DNA of 32,000 bases. Source: an uncultured bacterium. GTDB lineage: Bacteria; Margulisbacteria; WOR-1; CAVSGV01. Position numbers and translations under genes: made by a program. The notes below the pieces were generated by a model. It saw only the letters and a list, made by a program, of their open reading frames with translations. It ran no database searches and had not been told where the DNA came from. The DNA is taken from contig OY969425.1 of assembly GCA_963699255.1 (NCBI GenBank), forward strand, positions 1,140,001 through 1,172,000, written 5' to 3'. Within the stretch, counting starts at the first letter, position 1. Each line of letters begins with the position of its first letter. This document shows, piece by piece, positions 27,397 to 32,000 of this stretch.

Positions 27397-28419
27397 CTAC
27401 TTTTTACCTTTCATTTTCTTGAAATATTCCTGATGATATTCCTCCGCCTTATAAAATTCCGGCGCTGGAATTATCTGCGTAACGATCGGATTTTTGTATT
27501 TATGCGAAGCTTCGAGTTTTTTCTTCGAAGCTATCGCGGCGTTCTTCTGTTCATCGTTATGGTAGAAAATGACCGACCTGTACTGATCTCCCACATCGGC
27601 CCCCTGGCGGTTCGGCGTCGTGGGATCATGCATCCCCCAGAAAACATCAAGCAGCTTATTATACGTGATCTTTGACGGATCATATTCCACAAGGACGGTC
27701 TCGGCATGGCCCGTGTCTGCGCTGCAAACACGCTCATATGTCGGGTTTTTAACATTTCCGCCGGAATATCCTACTGTCGTGCTTGTCACGCCTTTTACTT
27801 TGTCGAATTCCTCCTGAACATGCCAGAAACACCCCGCAGCGAAAGACGCGAGTTCGTGCTGTGTCGTCGCCTTAGGAACGAACCTGAGAGCTACGCCGTT
27901 TATACAATATCGCTTATATGTCGGGGCCGGGCCGTCATCGAATACATGGCCGAGATGCGCGCCGCACCTCGCGCATAGGACCTCCGTCCTGGTCGTCCCA
28001 AAACTATAGTCAGGCTTTAGCACTATATTAAGAGGGGATACCGGATCGAAGAAGCTGGGCCAGCCCGTGCCGGAATGGAACTTCTTACCCGAAATGAACA
28101 GGTCCGTCCAGCAGCGGACGCATTTATAAAGGCCCGCTTTGGTCTCCGTCTCCAGGGGGCATGAATACGGCGGCTCAGTCCCCTTGCGCGTTGTAACATC
28201 ATATTGCTCCGGAGTAAGGATCTTCTTCCATTCCGCGTCGCTTTTAACGACCTTATCCACCTGGACGACCTTGCCCGATTGCGCGTCATATATCTCTATC
28301 TTCTGCGGCATGTTATTCCCTCCTTTTTCAATGGCAAATGACCCGGAAAATGTCAGCAGTAAAAGAACAGCAAGAAAGCCGGAAGACAAGATCGAGGCAG
28401 AAAGTTTAATGTTTCTCAT
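27397..28419 (-). CDS. msrBA: Exported MsrB-MsrA fusion (methionine sulfoxide reductase)
   Basis: Signal peptide [29 protein letters not shown]; MsrB part GTGWPSFF...[16 protein letters not shown]...[12 protein letters not shown]; MsrA part [19 protein letters not shown]...[13 protein letters not shown]...[14 protein letters not shown]-track start 28593 is likely too early. Confidence 0.93.
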   Translation of the reverse strand: MRNIKLSASILSSGFLAVLLLLTFSGSFAIEKGGNNMPQKIEIYDAQSGKVVQVDKVVKSDAEWKKILTPEQYDVTTRKGTEPPYSCPLETETKAGLYKCVRCWTDLFISGKKFHSGTGWPSFFDPVSPLNIVLKPDYSFGTTRTEVLCARCGAHLGHVFDDGPAPTYKRYCINGVALRFVPKATTQHELASFAAGCFWHVQEEFDKVKGVTSTTVGYSGGNVKNPTYERVCSADTGHAETVLVEYDPSKITYNKLLDVFWGMHDPTTPNRQGADVGDQYRSVIFYHNDEQKNAAIASKKKLEASHKYKNPIVTQIIPAPEFYKAEEYHQEYFKKMKGKK

Positions 28420-28605
28420 TGTAGCAGCCCTCCGTATATATTTGACGGATCTGAATCCCGACATAGAACAGAACCTGAGGCTAAAAGCCTCGGTTCCGTT
28501 GGGTGTTCTGATTGACGAAAGCTTTTTATTATTGGGACCGCGAATTTTATTTGCAGGTTCCAACCCTATATCGGTTCTCGGGACGGATTTCAACCTTGCA
28601 TTATA
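28420..28605 (-). promoter_or_regulatory. Promoter plus ~170-nt candidate structured leader of msrBA
   Basis: -10 TATAAT at 28605-28600 (minus); leader contains GGAACC-GAGGCT-TTT-AGCCTC-A-GGTTC hairpin and GTCCCGA...TCGGGAT long-range pairing; SD GGAGGG before ATG 28419. Confidence 0.35.
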
Positions 28606-28641
28606 TGATAACTAGCGTAAGATTTGCACTTAGATTTGCAT

Positions 28642-28800
28642 ATGGATAAATATTACTGCAAGGTATGCGGATATATTTACGACCCTGAAAAAGGCGATCC
28701 CAAATCGGGTGTATCGCCTAATACCCCCTTTGAGTCGCTTCCCGATAACTGGGTGTGCCCGGAATGCGGAGCGGAAAAGGATCAATTCGAAAAAGTATAG
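28642..28800 (+). CDS. Rubredoxin
   Basis: 52 aa: [52 protein letters not shown]. Below the ORF-track length cutoff. Confidence 0.95.
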   Translation: MDKYYCKVCGYIYDPEKGDPKSGVSPNTPFESLPDNWVCPECGAEKDQFEKV

Positions 28801-28829
28801 GACGGAATGATCTTTAAGCGGAAAGGCAT

Positions 28830-30533
28830 ATGAAAGAAGCCGTATCAATAGTACTTTGCGGTGAAGCCGGGCAGGGAATTCAGACGATAGAGAACGTCCT
28901 CGCAAAAGTCCTGAAGCTTGCCGGATACCACGTTTACGCCACAAAAGAATACATGTCCAGGGTGCGCGGCGGAGTAAATTCCACGACGATAATCGTTTCA
29001 TCGCGCAGAATTAACTCATACCGGGAATCCATCGACCTTCTTATCCCGCTCAGCAAGGGGCGCACGAAACATCTAAGCAGAAGAATATCCAAGGGTACAA
29101 TGATCTTGGGCGAGATGCAGAACATTTCAGAAGGCTGTGAGAACGATTCCTGCAGGAAAATAGACGTTCCTTATTCAAAGATCGCGACGGAGATCGGAAA
29201 CGCCGTTTACTCCAATATTGTCGCAGTCGGAGCCGTGTGCGGTATTCTGGGGATAGAAAATGAGGCTATCGAAGGATCAATAAAGAAATATTTTTCGGGA
29301 AAAGATGAAGCGACAGTAAACAACAATGTGGAAGCTTCGAAGCGCGGATCAAGTATCGGGAGATCGCTGGTATCATCAGGACAGATCAAGCTGAGCATAT
29401 CGAGGTCAAAAGGACTTGAAGACGAGATAATATTGAGCGGCGCAGAAGCTATCGCTCTGGGAGCCGTAGCGGGAGGCTGCAACTTCATCTCGGCATATCC
29501 CATGACGCCGTCAACGGGAATATTCACCTTCCTTTCCCAGCACGCTTTGGATTTCGGGATTGTCGCCGAACAGGCGGAAGACGAAATATCGGCCATGAAC
29601 ATGGCTCTTGGCGCGTGGTATATGGGCGCCAGAGCTCTGGTCACAACGTCAGGCGGAGGATATGATCTGATGCAGGAGGGTTTAAGCCTTTGCGGAATGA
29701 TCGAATCGCCTGTCGTGGTATCCCTCGGGATGCGTCCGGGCCCCGCGACCGGGCTTCCAACAAGGACGGAACAGGGTGACCTTAACCTGGCGCTGTATTC
29801 GGGGCACGGCGAATTTCCGCGCATAATACTTGCTCCTGGATCGCTGGAACAGGCTTTTTTTCTTACCCAGAAAGCGTTTAACCTGGCGGACAAATTCCAG
29901 GTGCCGGTATTCGTGCTTTTCGACCAGTACCTTGCCGATTCGTACTATAACATCGAACAGTTCGACCTCTCAAAAGTAAGAGTTGAAAAAAGCGTCGTGA
30001 AAACAGCCCCTGATTATATGAGATTCAAGTTTATGAAGAACGGCATATCCCCGAGGGGCATACCGGGTTACGGAGACAGCCTTGTGGTCGCGGACAGCGA
30101 CGAACATAATGAGGAAGGACACATAACCGAGGACCTTGAGATAAGGCGGAAAATGGTCGACAAGAGAATGGCGAAGCTGGAAGAGATAAAGAAAGAATGC
30201 TTCGATCCGGACCTTATCGGCGAAAATAATTATCAAACTCTCGTCGTTTGCTGGGGATCGAATCTGAACATGGTCAAAGACGCGGTGCGAGAACTGGGCG
30301 CCAAGGGCGTTTCGATACTTCATTTTACCCAGACATTCCCGCTGCACGCTGACACGTTGAAATACCTGGAAAAGGCAAAAAAGGTCGTGATGATCGAGAA
30401 TAACGCGACATCGCAGTTCGCGAACCTGATCAAGCTTTCAACAGGATATGATATTAAAGAAAGAATACTCAAATACGACGGGCTTCCCTTCAGCGTTGAA
30501 GAGCTGAAGGCGGAACTTGAAAGGATAGTTTAA
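28830..30533 (+). CDS. 2-oxoacid:ferredoxin oxidoreductase, gamma-alpha fused subunit
   Basis: 567 aa; N-terminal VLCGEAGQGIQTIENVLAKVLKLAGYHVYATKEYMSRVRGGVNS (gamma), then GCNFISAYPMTPSTG, EQAEDEISAMNMALGAWYMGARALVTTSGGGYDLM (alpha). Confidence 0.92.
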   Translation: MKEAVSIVLCGEAGQGIQTIENVLAKVLKLAGYHVYATKEYMSRVRGGVNSTTIIVSSRRINSYRESIDLLIPLSKGRTKHLSRRISKGTMILGEMQNISEGCENDSCRKIDVPYSKIATEIGNAVYSNIVAVGAVCGILGIENEAIEGSIKKYFSGKDEATVNNNVEASKRGSSIGRSLVSSGQIKLSISRSKGLEDEIILSGAEAIALGAVAGGCNFISAYPMTPSTGIFTFLSQHALDFGIVAEQAEDEISAMNMALGAWYMGARALVTTSGGGYDLMQEGLSLCGMIESPVVVSLGMRPGPATGLPTRTEQGDLNLALYSGHGEFPRIILAPGSLEQAFFLTQKAFNLADKFQVPVFVLFDQYLADSYYNIEQFDLSKVRVEKSVVKTAPDYMRFKFMKNGISPRGIPGYGDSLVVADSDEHNEEGHITEDLEIRRKMVDKRMAKLEEIKKECFDPDLIGENNYQTLVVCWGSNLNMVKDAVRELGAKGVSILHFTQTFPLHADTLKYLEKAKKVVMIENNATSQFANLIKLSTGYDIKERILKYDGLPFSVEELKAELERIV

Positions 30534-31400
30534 GTGGCCGACAAGAAAATATATGATATGGGGGACATAGACATAGCCTGGTGCCCGGGCTGCGGCAATT
30601 TCGGGATCCTGAACGCGCTGAAAGAAGCGCTCGCCGAACTTGATATTGCGCCGCGCGATCTTGTGATCGCATCCGGCATAGGCCAGGCCGCCAAAATACC
30701 CCATTACATCAAGTGCAACGCGTTCAACGGTCTTCACGGGAGGGCGGTGTCCCCCGCCACGGCGATAAAAGCGGCGAATCCTTCGATGGTAGTTATAGCG
30801 GAATCGGGGGACGGCGACATGTATGGCGAAGGAGGGAACCATTTCATTCATGCGATAAGGAGGAACCCCGATATCGCATGCCTTATACATGATAATATGG
30901 TGTACGGCCTCACAAAGGGCCAGGCCTCGCCGACGAGCCAGAAAGGGTTCAAGACACCCATTCAGGTGGATGGGGTCGCGTCGGAGCCTTTCAATCCGCT
31001 GGCGGTCGCGATAGCGCTTGACGCCTCTTTCGTCGCAAGGACTTTCGTGGGTGAGCCCGCGAAGACAAAAGAGATAATAAAACAGGCGATATCCCACAGG
31101 GGATTCGCCGTGGTCGACATTTTCCAGCCGTGCGTTTCGTTCAATAAGGTCAATACATATCAATGGTTCAGGGACAACACATACTGGCTCCCCGAAGCTC
31201 ACGATCCTCAAGACAGGGTCGGCGCTTTCCGGAGGGCGATCGAATCCGAAAAGCTTGCGCTCGGCGTGTTCTACGTCAACAAGAACAAACCGGTCTTCGA
31301 AGAAACGCTCGCGGCATACAGGTCAATCAGGGACCCGCTATTCACGCGTGAGCTTAACAAGGAAAAACTAAAAGAAATAATAGCGTCTAAAAGGTGGTGA
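30534..31400 (+). CDS. 2-oxoacid:ferredoxin oxidoreductase, beta (TPP-binding) subunit
   Basis: 288 aa, GTG start; [78 protein letters not shown]. Confidence 0.94.
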   Translation: MADKKIYDMGDIDIAWCPGCGNFGILNALKEALAELDIAPRDLVIASGIGQAAKIPHYIKCNAFNGLHGRAVSPATAIKAANPSMVVIAESGDGDMYGEGGNHFIHAIRRNPDIACLIHDNMVYGLTKGQASPTSQKGFKTPIQVDGVASEPFNPLAVAIALDASFVARTFVGEPAKTKEIIKQAISHRGFAVVDIFQPCVSFNKVNTYQWFRDNTYWLPEAHDPQDRVGAFRRAIESEKLALGVFYVNKNKPVFEETLAAYRSIRDPLFTRELNKEKLKEIIASKRW

Positions 31401-31403
31401 GAT

Positions 31404-31592
31404 ATGTCAATATCTGAAATTGTGATCGAAGATGGGTGCATTTCCTGTGAACTCTGCGAGCAGGTGTGCCCGGAAGTTTTTGAGGTCGAAGAGATCGCTG
31501 TCGTTAAGCCAGGGGTTGATCTTAACGCCTACGAGGATAAAATAAGGGAAGCGGCCGACAGCTGCCCCGTCTCGGTAATCTCGGTATCATAG
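31404..31592 (+). CDS. Single-cluster [4Fe-4S] ferredoxin
   Basis: 62 aa; CISCELCEQVCPEVFEV ... ADSCPVSVISVS. Confidence 0.93.
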   Translation: MSISEIVIEDGCISCELCEQVCPEVFEVEEIAVVKPGVDLNAYEDKIREAADSCPVSVISVS

Positions 31593-31714
31593 CGCAGTTC
31601 TTTTTTTGACGTTGAAGGACCGGCGCCTCAACAAACCGCGCACATCATCGACAGTGACCCCGAATAGAATTCATTGAAATTATTTCCAATAAATGACGAT
31701 TATATGGCATGGTA

Positions 31715-32000
31715 ATGCCAGTATCAGAGAACACTCATATCAACGGCATCGGCATGACCGCTCCAAGGAAATTCCGGGTGCGGACGGGGAAATACGGATT
31801 TGTCCTGAAGCAGGGTTTTGATATAGCGCGCGCCACATACTACCTTAACATAATGGGAAAAGAGCATGAAATATCGGACAGCAAATACGTTATCATATTC
31901 GCCCCATATAAGCGGATATACCTTGCGACGAACCATAATGCCGCCATTTTCTTCGCCTTCCTTGAAAAACAGAGCGGCCGCGTCAAAGGCAATGAGAACT
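31715..32000 (+). CDS. Hypothetical protein, N-terminal part (runs off window)
   Basis: Open frame MPVSENTHINGIGMTAPRKFRVRTGKYGFVLKQGFDIARATYYLNIMGKEHEISDSKYVIIFAPYKRIYLATNHNAAIFFAFLEKQSGRVKGNEN...; no recognised family. Confidence 0.45.
   Translation, partial: MPVSENTHINGIGMTAPRKFRVRTGKYGFVLKQGFDIARATYYLNIMGKEHEISDSKYVIIFAPYKRIYLATNHNAAIFFAFLEKQSGRVKGNEN

Noticed and set aside
28139-28615. 158-aa plus-strand ORF across the msrBA 5' region, ending ...[27 protein letters not shown]
   Set aside because: Mostly antisense to msrBA. The tail outside the gene is open in both directions, which I interpret as leader/intergenic sequence; no RBS or known family. Kept as an alternative explanation for the leader finding.
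29207-31211. Minus-strand ORFs of 228, 125 and 257 aa antisense to the oxidoreductase subunits
   Set aside because: The plus-strand products carry strongly conserved oxidoreductase motifs; the antisense frames do not.

Overview
This 32 kb bacterial chromosomal window is mostly ordinary housekeeping and stress genes, with one accessory island. Recognisable content: two P-type cation ATPases (one cut by the left edge); a CDF cation transporter; a DUF1015-family protein; purC; a GH26-like glycosidase; a zinc-ribbon / ferritin-like / VIT-like cluster; tsaD; gatC-gatA-gatB; an M15-type peptidase; a radical SAM plus exostosin-like pair; a TPR protein; an exported MsrB-MsrA fusion; rubredoxin; and a 2-oxoacid:ferredoxin oxidoreductase operon with its ferredoxin. 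No complete, recognised novel defence or mobile system can be proven from this sequence. The most notable items are: (1) degenerate short-word, hairpin-prone repeat blocks at gene ends, one of which sits in frame inside tsaD and shares a 13-nt word with a block upstream of gatC; (2) at least six genes whose TATAAT -10 box lies only 6-11 nt from the start codon, suggesting widespread leaderless transcription; (3) an AT-rich accessory island bounded by an intact M15 peptidase gene and a diverged 3' remnant of a second copy, containing an uncharacterised membrane/DUF5677-like pair and a tandem pair of orphan paralogs; (4) a radical SAM protein with a SPASM-like tail that appears to have lost its cluster cysteines, coupled to an exostosin-like glycosyltransferase; (5) two orphan paralogs sharing a W-V-x-N-F-Y-S-C-G-x-D-G signature; (6) a possible structured leader before msrBA; and (7) a small ORF with an apparent 1-nt frameshift. 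No CRISPR array, rRNA or tRNA was seen. Family names were assigned by reading motifs, not by database search.
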